DNA of 25,405 nucleotides from an uncultured bacterium. Its GTDB lineage: Bacteria; JAJVIF01; JAPKYR01. The position numbers and the translations under genes were made by a program. Of this stretch, positions 8,796 through 18,967 are shown piece by piece. The notes under the pieces are model-generated. The model was not told the origin of the DNA and did no database searches. It saw only the letters and a list, made by a program, of their open reading frames with translations. The DNA is taken from contig CBDURU010000042.1 of the NCBI GenBank assembly GCA_965369865.1, forward strand, positions 1 to 25,405, read 5' to 3'. Within the stretch, counting starts at the first letter, position 1, and each line of letters starts with the position of its first letter.

Positions 8796-9359
8796 TGTTC
8801 TATGTAGATTTCTCCACTTTTCATATCTGATGCTTTGCTCTTGAGTGGGGATGAAGTTGTCCTTCTCATCCTCGTGGTAAATCCTGCGATGATTGCTTGC
8901 TTCAATTGCCAACATTTCAAATGAATTCATATGTCCCCTTTGTCCTCTTTTGTCTCTAATTTCGTTAATACTCTTGTTCAAGCTTGTCCATACGGTAATT
9001 AAAGGCCTTGAGTAGAAATGCATGAGCAATTTAACTGGCACTACCCCATAAAGTCGAAGTATACCCAGCATGTCTAATCTCCTTGCAAGTTGATACCACT
9101 CAATTTCATCCTTTGTCACAGGTGGTTCCCTAATTATGACAGAATTTCTTTGCTCCGGGGTCATGGCTTCCAGCTTTAACCTGGCATCTCGGTATTCTTC
9201 ACCAAATTCCAAAATAGTTTTATATGCTTCGAATCGATGCATACTTTCACTTAGCTTTAATTGATACAAAAGATAAAATAACGTGACCACAGTGACTATT
9301 ACTCCGACGAAAGTTGTCAACTGTATAATATAATTTAAAGTAGGATCATCCCAATACAT
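8691..9359 (-). CDS. DUF4760-like protein with an N-terminal TM helix
   Basis: N-terminal TM helix, then LDMLG.LRLYGVVP.KLL......I..W......I..IR........FEML, typical of DUF4760. RBS GGAGGT favours ATG 9359 (ORF track starts at 9374). Confidence 0.6.
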   Translation of the reverse strand: MYWDDPTLNYIIQLTTFVGVIVTVVTLFYLLYQLKLSESMHRFEAYKTILEFGEEYRDARLKLEAMTPEQRNSVIIREPPVTKDEIEWYQLARRLDMLGILRLYGVVPVKLLMHFYSRPLITVWTSLNKSINEIRDKRGQRGHMNSFEMLAIEASNHRRIYHEDEKDNFIPTQEQSIRYEKWRNLHRTLRKEKETGSFWSLPKILKKEIGCLWSLSKILKKE

Positions 9360-9540
9360 GGCTGAGACCTCCATTTGGAGAGTTTAAAATTCCCTTGCCC
9401 CTAGTCAAATAGAATTTATATTAAGCTTCATAGGGGGGAAACTAGCTTGCTGAGTCTTAAGAAATGAAGGAACCTTGGAAAGAAAGATTCAGGACTGCGG
9501 AACTATTTCAGTAAGTCAATCTTCACCTTTCAGTACCCTT

Positions 9541-10095
9541 TTACGTCCGGTCATTGCTGTCATGTTTGGACATGCGCAATCTGATCTCTCTTTGTGCTAT
9601 AAGCATCCATTGTGCTCCCATTACCACATGCCAGCACTCACGAATGGTTAGGCTGCAAAGTGCAAACAGGATTACCTTAACAGTAAAATACGCTACGGGC
9701 ATCTTGGTTGTGGGCCATAGTCCGTGGAATACATCAAGACCGGCAATTCCCCAAGCCACGAGTGTTACGAGAATAATTAATATGGCTGTCTGATAGACGA
9801 AAACATATTCAACGAATCCTCCCTCGTGATATTCTGAGAGTGAACTTATTTCACTGCTTTGTAGGAGTGCTTGTGCGTTGCCGGCCCAAGCGAAAGAAAG
9901 CCCGACGAAGATACCCGCAAAAGGGAACAGCACTGTGTTTGCAGATGTGGTCAAATCTGCTGGAACAATAAAAGCGACTATGGCCCCAAGAATCAAATGA
10001 ATCACAAGATACACATTAAGTATCCTGCGATATCCTGGTCTTACTCCAGTGCCGTGCAGGAACCAAAACCAGTAATTCATAAGTTCAGGTTTCAT
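9541..10095 (-). CDS. Four-TM membrane protein, coupled to the upstream DUF4747-like gene
   Basis: About 4 hydrophobic helices; ATG 10095 overlaps the end of the upstream ORF (stop at 10085-10087). Confidence 0.75.
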   Translation of the reverse strand: MKPELMNYWFWFLHGTGVRPGYRRILNVYLVIHLILGAIVAFIVPADLTTSANTVLFPFAGIFVGLSFAWAGNAQALLQSSEISSLSEYHEGGFVEYVFVYQTAILIILVTLVAWGIAGLDVFHGLWPTTKMPVAYFTVKVILFALCSLTIRECWHVVMGAQWMLIAQREIRLRMSKHDSNDRT

Positions 10096-10796
10096 TGCGG
10101 TTACCACCACCCCGACGTATTCTGTGGTAATACTCCCTCAGTTGTTTAAGAAGATTCAGCTTCTGTGGTTCATCAGTAACATCTTCCTGCAAGATGACTG
10201 CAGGATTTCTTTTCAATTGTTTCGTTATCTTTTCACCCTTTTCCTCCATCTGTAACCGTGCTGAAGCATCGTCACCCGTCGAAGCTACAGAACGAGCTAG
10301 CTTCTCACAGATATCAGGATCTAGGCCATCGCCGGGATATAATGAACTCATCTGGGTCTTGAAGTTCATCGATTTCAAATTTTCTCACCTCAAGAAGTGA
10401 GGTCAGCGGATCTCTGTTCAGCAATCGAGCAAACTGCCTTGCAATGGCTGCAGGTTCTGAGGAGACTTGTGTGTTTTTAGCAATGGCGCATAATCCAAGA
10501 GACACATCTACGATCACGTGAGTATATGGGGCTTGTTCGAATTCCTTATCGATAAAGTGACCAGGTTCATATACTCCTACTCTTGATTTTGTTATCCTGC
10601 CAATTCTTAGATAAAGGGCATCGGAGCTAATAGCAGAAACATCGCCTATGTGCCAGATTGTCCCCCTTGAGGACTTGCTAGTGGACAAAGAATCAATCAC
10701 TTGCCTGAGTAAATCCGGAGGATGTCTCTTGTCCTCGTAAAGACGTCCCTGCCCAGTAATGTAAGTCTTTATACGATACAGATGAAATCGAAGCAT
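10085..10796 (-). pseudogene. Frameshifted DUF4747-like gene
   Basis: Two overlapping ORFs (10314..10832 and 10085..10378) read as one protein with a frame switch near 10335-10345 (…DELQDPDEFI / YPGDGLDPDICEKLARSVASTGDDA…). Family call is from recalled resemblance only. Confidence 0.55.
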
Positions 10797-10844
10797 GATC
10801 TTCTCTACAATAGGTGCTAGACACCTATACAAGGTTTAGGAGAT

Positions 10845-10873
10845 AGTATATCAATGTCACGACGAACGTTCAA
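10845..10873 (-). promoter_or_regulatory. Sigma70-type promoter for the islet genes
   Basis: Minus strand TTGAAC, 17 nt, TATACT; palindrome TAGGTG-CTAGA-CACCTA (10811-10827) lies just downstream. Confidence 0.45.
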
Positions 10874-11093
10874 TCGCAGGCTGTGTGCAAAAAGGGGACG
10901 TTGATTACTAAAATTAAAAGATTTGTCAACCTCATAAGCTTATCCTCTTTGAACAAATCATCGCCATAATATCACCTAAGACATTGTAAAGCTTCCTCAA
11001 TCTGGATTGTGGTCATAGTATACCACGTGTTTTTTCAGGTTCCGAATTCGTTTATTAATCAGCGGGATTATTCTGAAACCCGCATCAATAACC

Positions 11094-11127
11094 GACCATG
11101 ATCCGTATCAACCGGGTCATGGTCTTT
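11094..11127. terminator. Hairpin downstream of the 11154..12329 gene
   Basis: GACCATGATCCG-TATCAAC-CGGGTCATGGTC, 12-bp stem with one G-U pair. Confidence 0.5.
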
Positions 11128-11153
11128 AAAGAGAAAGGGGATAAGAGCTAATT

Positions 11154-12329
11154 TCAGTTACTATCTGCCCCCGCAATATAAATCATCGCTAAAGGTTCAG
11201 GAATTCCGTCGGGGTAACCGGGTATGATCGATCCATCCCGGGTTAGCCTGATGCAGATATCGCCGGTGCTGGCATCGATAATATCCACCACTATAGTAGT
11301 TAGTCCGGTGGGCCATCCGAAAGCGCCCAGTATGTAATCGTCCGGGATTCCGTCCCGGTTAAAATCGTAGGACCTATAGAAAATGCAGCCCGGAATTATA
11401 TCGGCTCCGTTCATGTTATAGAAAGTATTTTTTATAGTCTCGCGATAGTTGGCGTCCGAAAGGCCGTTCGCGCACAGGAGCACATGGTCCGGGCCGCCAA
11501 ACCTGGGATCGTTACTCATGGCCGGGAACCATCGGACCTCCCATGCGTTGGTTGGAGAATCGAGACTGACAGGACTGGCCGGGTCGCCCAGTCCGAGAAT
11601 TAAATACGCGGGATTCAAACGTAGAGACCTGAGTGATTTCGAGTACGGGTTCTCGGGATAGGAATCGAGAATTCCGGACGCGATTAATGGATCGGTGTTT
11701 TCATCGACGGATGATGAGCCGCTCCCTCCAATCAGGCCTGGCGGGTAATAATTGTAAATTTCGTTGAATTCATCGATCGCGTTATGGACAATTGCTACCG
11801 AGCGCGCAAGTTTCAGGTCGTCCGCGACCGTTGGTTCCGGAGCGGGAAGGACAACCTGGCTGATAAACGCGAGCGAAATTATCGCAATCATAAAATTGGC
11901 GGCGGTGACACCTAGAAAAACACGTTTAACCGGGACATCGTAATTCAGAAGCGCGATAACCGGCGCTTCGATAAGGACCGCGAAAAATGCGGCCGGTCCG
12001 ATCGGGAAAACGTATCCTCCTTTCAACTGGACCAGTAGGATGGCTATAAACCCAACAAAACCGGTAATACAATTCACGAGAAATGCTGTGATCAGGACCT
12101 GTGGGAATGGCTTTCTGATGAACCATGAAATGATCAGGGCTTCAAGCGCGATACCGGCTATGAGGATAGGGATCGTATGCCCTGTCATAATGCCGGTCTG
12201 AAGAAGCATCGGGTCGGCATACGCAGGAGACGTAAGGAGAAAGAACCATACAAAAGTTAGGATAATCGGACGGAGGGAAGACCGTATGGCCTGGTATTTG
12301 TTGCGGACATGACATTTTTTATCCCACAT
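11154..12329 (-). CDS. Membrane protein: two TM-hairpin repeats plus a C-terminal pseudopilin-like extracytoplasmic domain
   Basis: RBS AAGGAG before ATG; signal ending AYA-D; twice LE(A/P)..I…V…NxI; then LARSVAIVHNAIDEF….YYP…DPLIASGILDSYPENPY, reminiscent of GspG/pilin helices. Confidence 0.65.
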   Translation of the reverse strand: MWDKKCHVRNKYQAIRSSLRPIILTFVWFFLLTSPAYADPMLLQTGIMTGHTIPILIAGIALEALIISWFIRKPFPQVLITAFLVNCITGFVGFIAILLVQLKGGYVFPIGPAAFFAVLIEAPVIALLNYDVPVKRVFLGVTAANFMIAIISLAFISQVVLPAPEPTVADDLKLARSVAIVHNAIDEFNEIYNYYPPGLIGGSGSSSVDENTDPLIASGILDSYPENPYSKSLRSLRLNPAYLILGLGDPASPVSLDSPTNAWEVRWFPAMSNDPRFGGPDHVLLCANGLSDANYRETIKNTFYNMNGADIIPGCIFYRSYDFNRDGIPDDYILGAFGWPTGLTTIVVDIIDASTGDICIRLTRDGSIIPGYPDGIPEPLAMIYIAGADSN

Positions 12330-12787
12330 AATATTCTCCTTTCGAAATCTGCGAAGTCAATTTTCGATTCAATGTCACTTCGATCAAGCTGAATCAATTA
12401 ATTCGTGACATGGCCAGGAGAGTTATCGATCGGGGCTTGAGTGTCATGATCCACAATAGTGTTATTGAGGAATTAAAAAACGCTCTCTCGAAAAAGTTGC
12501 CGTTAACGATCATTTTGACAGTCCGGTGTTACGGATCCATCTAAAATAATCGTAAGGACCCCGTTATCGCCTTTATTAATGCAATCCAGGTGCCATTATC
12601 GGCATTGTGTTAGAAATAATTTTTATAATCCTTGAATACACGTGTATATGCGTACGAGCGATGTGAAAATTTTCAAAATAAGCTTATTAACGATAGGGTC
12701 AAAATGGAAATATCGGTCAAATTGACTGGTTATTACGATTTAATTGTCGCAAACAGCAACAAATGTACATAAATCATGGCTCAGGAA

Positions 12788-12816
12788 TTGACTTATCCCT
12801 CAGGGCTACTTATCCT
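12788..12816 (+). promoter_or_regulatory. Sigma70-type promoter for the HEAT operon
   Basis: TTGACT, 17 nt, TATCCT; RBS AAGGAG precedes ATG 12878. Confidence 0.55.
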
Positions 12817-12877
12817 CGACTATTGTTAGCAGTTTTTAAGATTTTTACCTGATTCCGGTTAAGGAGTACCCCGCGCA

Positions 12878-14008
12878 ATGAATAAAAATCTCCTGAAAAC
12901 CTTTGTTTACCTTTCCGTTCTCCTTGTATTTCTGTTCGTCCAGCCGATGGCGCTTGTCGCACAGGATGAAACAGAACTTACGGTTGAAGAGATACTCGCT
13001 GAGATCGGAGAGATCCCTACAGCCGAAGCCATCCGTGAACTTTTTATTACTTGCAGCGAATGGGATGAGGAGCATCAGGCGGAAAGGTATGTATCGCGTG
13101 ATGCGCTCGTTGAACTTGGGGTGGTTGTTATCCCCACTTTACTTGAGGGCTGGTTGTCCTCCGTCGATATCCGGAGACGAATCGAACTTGATTATATCGT
13201 AAGGGATATCGGTCATATTGCAGCGCATTACATCGTTCCATGGCTCCAGGACGATGATCCGTACACGCGCCGTCACGCGGCATACCTCCTTGGGGACACA
13301 GCCTGGATAAATATACTTGAAGATCCGCTGGCGGTCGGGCCTATCGACTCTGATATAGAAGCAATCGATGCGCTCAGGGCAATGCTTGCAACCGAGACAG
13401 AGTGGGAAGTAATCAGTAATGCCGTTGGGGCGCTGGGGAAATTTCACGATCCGGATCAGATAGAATTTCTTTCTTCGTGGTTGACGCATGAGGAGGAGGC
13501 GGTAAGGAAAGCCGCGGTACTCGGGCTCAGCAGGATTCCCGATCAGGGCGTTGTCCCGGAAATCATCGGCGCGTTCAGCGATCCTGTCACAACTGTACGC
13601 CAGACCGCGGTACTTGCCATGGCCGCGCCCGCGCTGGGAAATATCGCGTTCGAAGCGTTGAACGGGACTTCGATTTTATCGCCGTCCGGACGTGTTGCGA
13701 GATTGTGCGCCCTTGAAGCATTGTCGAGATATCTTGTCTCCACCGGAACCGAGCGGACAGATATCGCGGACGTTCAGCGTAAACGGGCGTTCGATACCGC
13801 GGTGACAATTCTCGAAAATCCAACGATGGCGCATTGGGCGGTACGGGGTTACGCGGTCGTTGTGATTGGCAACTCTCATTATATCGAGGCTGGCGGGTTC
13901 CTTCTTGAACTGAAGGAAACTGAAGAGCATCCGTTTGTAGTTTCGAAAATTAACGAAGCCCTGGAAGCCCTGGTAGGCGGGCTTCCGGAACCTGTTGAAG
14001 TTGAATAG
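12878..14008 (+). CDS. Secreted HEAT (PBS lyase-like) repeat protein
   Basis: Signal peptide; repeats L.DDDPYTRRHAAYLLG, VISNAVGALGK, EEAVRKAAVLGLSRI, DPVTTVRQTAVLAM. Confidence 0.85.
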   Translation: MNKNLLKTFVYLSVLLVFLFVQPMALVAQDETELTVEEILAEIGEIPTAEAIRELFITCSEWDEEHQAERYVSRDALVELGVVVIPTLLEGWLSSVDIRRRIELDYIVRDIGHIAAHYIVPWLQDDDPYTRRHAAYLLGDTAWINILEDPLAVGPIDSDIEAIDALRAMLATETEWEVISNAVGALGKFHDPDQIEFLSSWLTHEEEAVRKAAVLGLSRIPDQGVVPEIIGAFSDPVTTVRQTAVLAMAAPALGNIAFEALNGTSILSPSGRVARLCALEALSRYLVSTGTERTDIADVQRKRAFDTAVTILENPTMAHWAVRGYAVVVIGNSHYIEAGGFLLELKETEEHPFVVSKINEALEALVGGLPEPVEVE

Positions 14009-14053
14009 ACAATTAATCGCCTAATACTTCTTTAGGAAAATACGGGGACAACA

Positions 14054-16075
14054 ATGGCGCAAAAAAATATATCCAACCGGGTAAATTCAAATAAAATCGT
14101 TACCCTCCTGATTACTTTTATTATTCTTCTTTCTGTCGCACCGGGCGCGAGAGGCGATGACTCGGAGTGGCCGGTTACCAATCCCGACCTTGGACCGGGC
14201 GCATTAACGGACGATGAGATCACTCTTATCGATCTGGCGCTTGAATCGATTAATATGACCTGGGGTGACATGGGTTTCAGGAAGGACTATGTCGAGGATG
14301 ATTTCCGCCTGGATATCGCGCAGCGTGCTCTCGATGAACCGTATTTCCTGGTGCAGTGGAATTATGAATGGGACTCGTTCCTTCTCGAGGCAAAACCGGT
14401 CTCTGAAATCCTGTACCGTGCCGCGGTCGATCTCGACAGCGATGATTATAATACCGCTCCGCTTTTTCCATCGATGGCATCGATAGGAAGGTCGATCGAT
14501 TTTCCGCTTCTGCCGGATAGCTGGCGGGACGCAGTTGAAGATCTCGACCAGGCAGTGAAACTTGCCCAGGAACGAATGTCCGGTATTGTGCTCGCAAGCC
14601 TCACCGACGATGACCGCGATTACCTTCCATGGTATCTCATCTGTCATTTTTCGGAAGATGAATCGGACGATTGTCCTGAGGAGGATGATTATTCAACCGC
14701 GCAACAGTTCCTTGACGCGATTTCGCATTATGACATCGATGCATTGATGGGAACTACCCGTGAACTTACCGAGCAGGTGGATGAAACGGTTTCGATAATT
14801 CTCGAATCGAGAACCGACGCGACATTCATGCAGCCGTTCGCGATCCAGGGTCTGTCCGGGACAATTTTAATCGGTTCCATGGGGGACGATGTATGGTACA
14901 TGGATGAATGGCAGACACCGTCGATAATTATCGATCCCGGTGGAAATGATATTTATTATGGCGGCGTCGCGGTAGCGGGAAACCTCAAGGGTGAATCGAA
15001 CGAACTTATCTCTATAGCGATCGATCTTTCCGGCGATGATATGTATTTGTCCGATGGCGCCCGTTCATGCGCTTCCGGAGTTCTTGGAATCGCGGAACTG
15101 GTTGATGTTTCGGGCAATGATGTTTATCGCAGCGGTAATTTCAGCCAAGCTTGCGGGCTTTTCGGCGCGGGGATTCTTCAGGACTGGGGCGGGAACGATA
15201 TTTACGACGCGGGGTTGCTGGTTCAGGGCGCCGGAGCGATCGGTGTCGGACTGCTTATGGATTCCGACGGCAATGACGCGTACCGTGCGGCTCTTTACGC
15301 GCAGGGAATGGCGTACACCCGCGGCTGGGGAATGCTTACCGACAGAAATGGATTCGATAATTACTGGGCGGGGGGAGTTTATGATGATTTCGGTCGATGG
15401 AATGAAAATAACCTGAGTTTGTCGCAGGGATTTTCAATCGGCATGCGCCCGAAAGCGTCGGGTGGGGTAGGGATTCTCCACGACCGGAACGGAAATGATT
15501 TTTACAACTGTGAAGTGTACGGGCAGGGTGTAAGTTACTGGTATTCCATTGGATCCCTAATCGATGATAACGGCAACGACTGGTACGAAAGCCAGCAGTA
15601 TTCGCAGGGATCAGGGATACATTTGTCATCGGGAATTCTCCTCGACAGGGGAGGATATGACAGGTATTCATCGCACGCGTGCACGCAGGGATTTGGACAT
15701 GATTACGCGGTGGGATGGTTGATCGATGAAGGCGGGGACGATTACTATACCGGTGATTCTCTTGCGCAGGGATCGGGTAACGCGAACGGGGTCGGGCTTT
15801 TGATTGACCGTGGAGGAAGGGACGGTTATTTCGGACGCAGTGTACAGAATTGCGGTGGACATGGAAATCCGGCGCGTGATTTCGGGAGTATTGGAGTGCT
15901 GATCGATATGGCTGGTTCGGACACATACACCGATCCGATATCCGGCAATGGTCAATGGTGGACAAAAACGACCTGGGGTGCGGGGATAGATGTCGGATCA
16001 GACTGGTGGGATATCGAGCTTGACGAAGAGGGAAATGAAGTAAGCAGGGAGCTTGAGATTCCCGGTCTGGAATAA
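14054..16075 (+). CDS. Secreted acidic protein with tandem G.G.L.DxxGxDxY / SQGxG repeats
   Basis: Signal peptide (ARG-DD); more than 10 repeats such as GILQDWGGNDIY, GLLMDSDGNDAY, GSLIDDNGNDWY. Confidence 0.8.
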   Translation: MAQKNISNRVNSNKIVTLLITFIILLSVAPGARGDDSEWPVTNPDLGPGALTDDEITLIDLALESINMTWGDMGFRKDYVEDDFRLDIAQRALDEPYFLVQWNYEWDSFLLEAKPVSEILYRAAVDLDSDDYNTAPLFPSMASIGRSIDFPLLPDSWRDAVEDLDQAVKLAQERMSGIVLASLTDDDRDYLPWYLICHFSEDESDDCPEEDDYSTAQQFLDAISHYDIDALMGTTRELTEQVDETVSIILESRTDATFMQPFAIQGLSGTILIGSMGDDVWYMDEWQTPSIIIDPGGNDIYYGGVAVAGNLKGESNELISIAIDLSGDDMYLSDGARSCASGVLGIAELVDVSGNDVYRSGNFSQACGLFGAGILQDWGGNDIYDAGLLVQGAGAIGVGLLMDSDGNDAYRAALYAQGMAYTRGWGMLTDRNGFDNYWAGGVYDDFGRWNENNLSLSQGFSIGMRPKASGGVGILHDRNGNDFYNCEVYGQGVSYWYSIGSLIDDNGNDWYESQQYSQGSGIHLSSGILLDRGGYDRYSSHACTQGFGHDYAVGWLIDEGGDDYYTGDSLAQGSGNANGVGLLIDRGGRDGYFGRSVQNCGGHGNPARDFGSIGVLIDMAGSDTYTDPISGNGQWWTKTTWGAGIDVGSDWWDIELDEEGNEVSRELEIPGLE

Positions 16076-16076
16076 T

Positions 16077-16203
16077 TCAGAGCCACAGTAATACAGAGGC
16101 ACGACCGTCAGGGAGTGCAAGGGAGTGCAAGGGACCGTAAGGGAGTGTAAGGGAACCGCGTGATTCAATGTTGAGTACCCTTTACTGACGCGCGCGGCTC
16201 TGA
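16077..16203. repeat. Degenerate REP-like element of the 6600 family with an internal 10-bp microsatellite
   Basis: Left TCAGAGCC / CAGAGGCACGACCGTCAGGGAG, right CTGACGCGCGCGGCTCTGA; GGGAGTGCAA-like unit five times at 16111..16155. Confidence 0.7.
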
Positions 16204-16276
16204 CAGGTGTTTAAAACTTTAAATTAGCTAAATTATAAATTATAATATCCGCATGTAATTCCACGGAGGTTTGGTT

Positions 16277-18820
16277 ATGAATTCGGTAATTCGAATCGGA
16301 ATTCTTATCCTGATTTGTACATTTAACCTATGCGGGTGTTCCGGTGCGGGCGACTCATCCAATCCTGTAATACCTGATGACGCTGGACCAATCCCCGATG
16401 CAACCTTGATAAATAATGGTACATCGTCGTCTTCGAATCACGTTCTACTTGGATACAACCTGATCCATATCGACGCATCCGATCCGGATGATGTCATAGC
16501 CGAAATGATACCGGTACGGGCAGGTTCGATCCATCTCAATATTCTCAAACTGCTTGAATATGGGCCTTGTTACAATTGTTTCAGTATTGTCGGGGCTTAC
16601 ATGGTCGAGCCGGGTGTCCTGAATGTTGACATTCAAATCACTCATCCGTTCGACAATCTTGATTTCTCGATCTTCGATGTGCGCGGGATCATGATGTTCG
16701 ATGGCTGGCATGAATTCCCGGGTATTCACAGGTATATTTCCGATCCCGCCCTGGGTGATGGCGAATTGGTAAATGCCGAAGGTTTTACGTCGCTGTACAA
16801 CTGTTTGACATATGGCTGGGCAGGTGAACTGGTCACATATTGTCCCGGCATTCTTTCGACACCAAGTATGCCGGAAGCGGACTGTCACGGTTACATGCGC
16901 CACAACACAAATATTCCGGCTAACACGCGTAATGCGTTCTATGCGGGTGATTCGATTACACGGACATATACATTGAGAATGCCAACTACTGAGTTTAAGC
17001 TTGGCTACGCTGTTGACGCAAACTGGGCGGTGCCATTATCTTCACCGGTTACCGATCCGATTACGGATTTCGGAATCAATGCGAATTGCCAGGAGCCTTG
17101 GAAAATTGAGGTGAACTGCCCCCCGATCGACGCAAGCGGGTACACGGACCTGACAATCGACGTTTACGACTACGAGGGCGCAATGACACTCTGGCCGCCG
17201 GAACTTGAATGCCCTGAACTGTTTAACGGGGTAATGGAAGCCGCATGGTTGTCAGAGAGCGGCGGTTACAGCCACTGGATTGCAACTATAAATAATTACA
17301 ATGGCGCTGGAGCCGGTACGTACAAGTGCCTGCTCAAAGTCGAGGCTGTTGAAAATGACCCGGTCGGTGCGCCGTGGCTGGACGTATCGGCATACCAGGT
17401 ATTTGATGTGGAAGTTACAGGCAGCGGACCAACAGGTGACGGCTGGGCACGGACCTGGGGAGGAGCAAGCATAGACAGGGGAGCCGGGGTGGCTATCGAC
17501 AGCGCCGGTAACATCTATGTTGCGGGTTATTTCGACTACTATATTGAATTCGATTTTCCCGAGGGAGATGATATTTACTTTTTAGATCCCGAAACGCCGG
17601 ATCAGTCCTATCTTGTCAAATTCAGTCCTTCCGGCGCTTACGAATGGTCGCGCGCTTGGGGTGGGTCGTCGGATAACGACAGGGCCTACGCGGTGGCTGC
17701 GGATGGCATAGGACATATTTTTGTTGCCGGCCGGTACGAGGGCAGCTCCGATTTTGATCCGGGGCCTGGAGTCGATATGCGCACATGCGAGAATGGCTGG
17801 GAGGATGTTTACGTGAGTATGTTCGATACTTCGGGGAACTACTACTGGGTCCGAACATGGGGCGGCAGCGGAGATGACATCGGTTATGGTGTTGCCGCCG
17901 ACAGTTTCGGCAACGTCTTTGTCTCGGGCATATTCGAAGGCACTGCGGATTTCGATCCGGGTGGAGGTTATGATGGGCACAGTTCATTTGGAGACGATGA
18001 TGCTTTCGTGAGTATGCTTGATGTGTCCGGCAACTGGCTCTGGGCACGAACATGGGGTGGGCCGTCCCACGAAACGTGCCCATCCGTTGCGGTTGACGGC
18101 ATTGGAGGAGTCTATGCTACGGGCTGGTTCTCGGGCACCGTGGATTTCGATCCGGGAGGCGGGTACGACGGACGTACCACTGACGGGAATGCCACCGACG
18201 CCTATTTAATCAAACTCGACTCGTATGGGGGTTATGTATGGACAAATACCTGGGGAGGAACTTCCAATGAATCCGGCAAGGGAGTGGGCGCCGATAGCTC
18301 TGGTAATGTCTTCGTTACCGGCTTATATGTTGGCACTACTGATTTAGATCCAGGCGCCGGGTCAGATATCCATACATCAAATGGCGATGCCGATGCTTAC
18401 ATGAGTAAGTTCAATTCTTCCGGTACCTTCATTTGGGGACGTGCCTGGGGGGGAAGTGGTATTGACTATGGAAACTCGGTAGACGCGGATCCTTCGGGTA
18501 ATGTCAGCGTCGCCGGCTGCTTCAGGCACACTGTCGATTTCGATCCCGGTTATGGGGATGATACGCACAGCGCGAACTACTACGATGCTTTCCTGAGCAA
18601 ATTCAGTTCATCGGGTACACACCAGTGGGCGCATACATATGGTGGTGACTCATGGGATGAAGGTTATGGCGTTGCGGTTGACAGCTTGGGAAATGTAGCC
18701 TGCACAGGGGACTATAAGGGCACTGCGGATTTTGATGGCGGTTCGGGCACCGACTGGCATACATCGGTGCAGGACGATGATGCCTGGCTGGTCCGGCAAA
18801 AACCCGACGGCACCTGGTAG
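16277..18820 (+). CDS. Lipoprotein 2: conserved N-terminal domain plus SBBP-like beta-propeller
   Basis: RBS GGAGGT 6 nt before ATG 16277; lipobox LCGC; HLNILKLLEYGPCYNC, HPF..FDVRGI, GYAVDANW, ANCQEPW; about 7 TWGG..GVAxD..GN..DFDPG repeats. Confidence 0.85.
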   Translation: MNSVIRIGILILICTFNLCGCSGAGDSSNPVIPDDAGPIPDATLINNGTSSSSNHVLLGYNLIHIDASDPDDVIAEMIPVRAGSIHLNILKLLEYGPCYNCFSIVGAYMVEPGVLNVDIQITHPFDNLDFSIFDVRGIMMFDGWHEFPGIHRYISDPALGDGELVNAEGFTSLYNCLTYGWAGELVTYCPGILSTPSMPEADCHGYMRHNTNIPANTRNAFYAGDSITRTYTLRMPTTEFKLGYAVDANWAVPLSSPVTDPITDFGINANCQEPWKIEVNCPPIDASGYTDLTIDVYDYEGAMTLWPPELECPELFNGVMEAAWLSESGGYSHWIATINNYNGAGAGTYKCLLKVEAVENDPVGAPWLDVSAYQVFDVEVTGSGPTGDGWARTWGGASIDRGAGVAIDSAGNIYVAGYFDYYIEFDFPEGDDIYFLDPETPDQSYLVKFSPSGAYEWSRAWGGSSDNDRAYAVAADGIGHIFVAGRYEGSSDFDPGPGVDMRTCENGWEDVYVSMFDTSGNYYWVRTWGGSGDDIGYGVAADSFGNVFVSGIFEGTADFDPGGGYDGHSSFGDDDAFVSMLDVSGNWLWARTWGGPSHETCPSVAVDGIGGVYATGWFSGTVDFDPGGGYDGRTTDGNATDAYLIKLDSYGGYVWTNTWGGTSNESGKGVGADSSGNVFVTGLYVGTTDLDPGAGSDIHTSNGDADAYMSKFNSSGTFIWGRAWGGSGIDYGNSVDADPSGNVSVAGCFRHTVDFDPGYGDDTHSANYYDAFLSKFSSSGTHQWAHTYGGDSWDEGYGVAVDSLGNVACTGDYKGTADFDGGSGTDWHTSVQDDDAWLVRQKPDGTW

Positions 18821-18874
18821 TGCGTTTTTAATTAAGAAAAAAAGACAGGCAGCTAATATTTCCTTAGAAAATAT

Positions 18875-18934
18875 TCCCCCGGGCATCCCGGGGATTTTTC
18901 TAAATAGAAAGAAGGCCCTTGAAGGGCCTCTTTC
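18875..18934. terminator. Double hairpin, probable bidirectional terminator (homolog of 3811..3872)
   Basis: CCCCGGG-CAT-CCCGGGG followed by a T run, and GAAAGAAGGCCCTT-G-AAGGGCCTCTTTC. Confidence 0.7.
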
Positions 18935-18967
18935 GTACTGATCTTTAAAATTTTGCTTCTTCGAAGC

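Noticed and set aside
12330..12780. Riboswitch or ncRNA in the long divergent intergenic region
   Set aside because: No recognisable consensus by eye; an Rfam cmscan would be needed.
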